From contig OZ287755.1 of assembly GCA_965649765.1 (NCBI GenBank), positions 14,942,001 through 15,006,000 on the forward strand: a DNA stretch of 64,000 nt, written 5' to 3'. The notes under the pieces were generated by a model. The model was not told where the DNA came from. It made no database searches and was given only the letters and a program-made list of their open reading frames with translations. This DNA is from Bispira polyomma. Lineage: Eukaryota. Each line of letters opens with the position of its first letter. Within the stretch, counting starts at the first letter, position 1. The translations under genes and the position numbers were made by a program. Shown here piece by piece: positions 63,150 to 64,000 of this stretch.

Positions 63150-64000
63150 CTCATTAGATTTTCCTGATACATGTTTTTATCCCTAGTAAAATATCTGTCT
63201 CAGCTCTTCTTTCTGGATTTAACCCAGAAAAAATTTGTCCATTTGTCCTTTGTGTATGACCTCGTTGTATGTTAAAATGTGACCTTCATTATTTATAATA
63301 TCATGTATATTGTACATCAATTACATTTACAAGTCTAATATATTTTGCTTTAGGTGAGCTTTTGTTTGAACAAATATATTTTTTCAAAAAGTAATTCATT
63401 GCAAATCTCTTTAACTGTTTTTGGTTCCCTACCCTTAATCTCTTGCCAACTTTCGAATAACTGTTGATAAAATTTTGTTAAGCAATTATTACCTTTATTT
63501 AATGCAGTTTTGTTGTTGATTTTATCTTAGTCCATGTTTAATAACATCCATGCTAGCCGTTGCCATTTTCCTTTTGTATTACTTAAAAGTAACCGTTTCA
63601 TCTAATTTAATTTTGCACTTGTGTGTAAACTGAAAATGTCAGACATTTTAAGCCCTCCTAAGTTGTAATCAGCAATAACAGTAGATCTTTTAACTTTTTT
63701 TTCTTTTTGTTCTAAAAGAAATCAAACAATATCTTATCTAACTTTTTTTGACACATGTGTTGGGCAATAGCATTGGGCCAACAAGTGACTTATTTGAGGT
63801 ATGACAAGTGTTTTCTTTATTATTATTTTGCTTTTGCAGGAGAGATTTCTTGATCGCCATATATGTAGGATACGTTCCATTTTTTTAATTTTATTTTCAA
63901 AATTTAAATCTGTTGAATCCTTAAGATTGTGAGAGAACCAAAGGCCCAATGCCTTAAAAGAGGAATAATTCACTTTTATTTTTGAGATTATTTTTGGCAA
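63150..64000 (-). mobile_element. Tx1/L1-clade LINE ORF2 (post-RT region), degraded, runs off the window
   Basis: KALGLWF...W.SRNLSCKSKIIIKKTLVIP, then STVIADYNLGGLKMSD in another frame; multiple stops and frameshifts. Confidence 0.85.

Overview
AT-rich, repeat-dense metazoan (marine-invertebrate-like) genomic DNA with two assembly gaps and no host protein-coding exon I can support. The dominant feature is a young, structurally complete but mutated Ngaro-type tyrosine-recombinase (YR) retrotransposon (13405-19658). It has split direct repeats A1...B1A2...B2, a zinc-finger Gag-like ORF, RT/RNase H and a YR, and it is inserted into a short TIR element. The sequence suggests a retrovirus-like expression scheme, which is inference and untested. 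Pol is in frame with Gag behind a single TAG followed by a small hairpin. The ATG-less recombinase begins at a 3' splice site phase-matched to a consensus donor in gag. The A2-B2 spacer carries a G-U-rich multi-stem RNA, twin hairpins and a second splice acceptor. The rest of the window holds one tRNA-Gln(CTG) gene with a MITE pile-up downstream, several tRNA-derived SINE families, decayed L2/CR1 and Tx1/L1 fragments, Helentron-like repeats, a ~2 kb tandem duplication and minisatellites. All alignments and folds were done by eye; no database searches were run.
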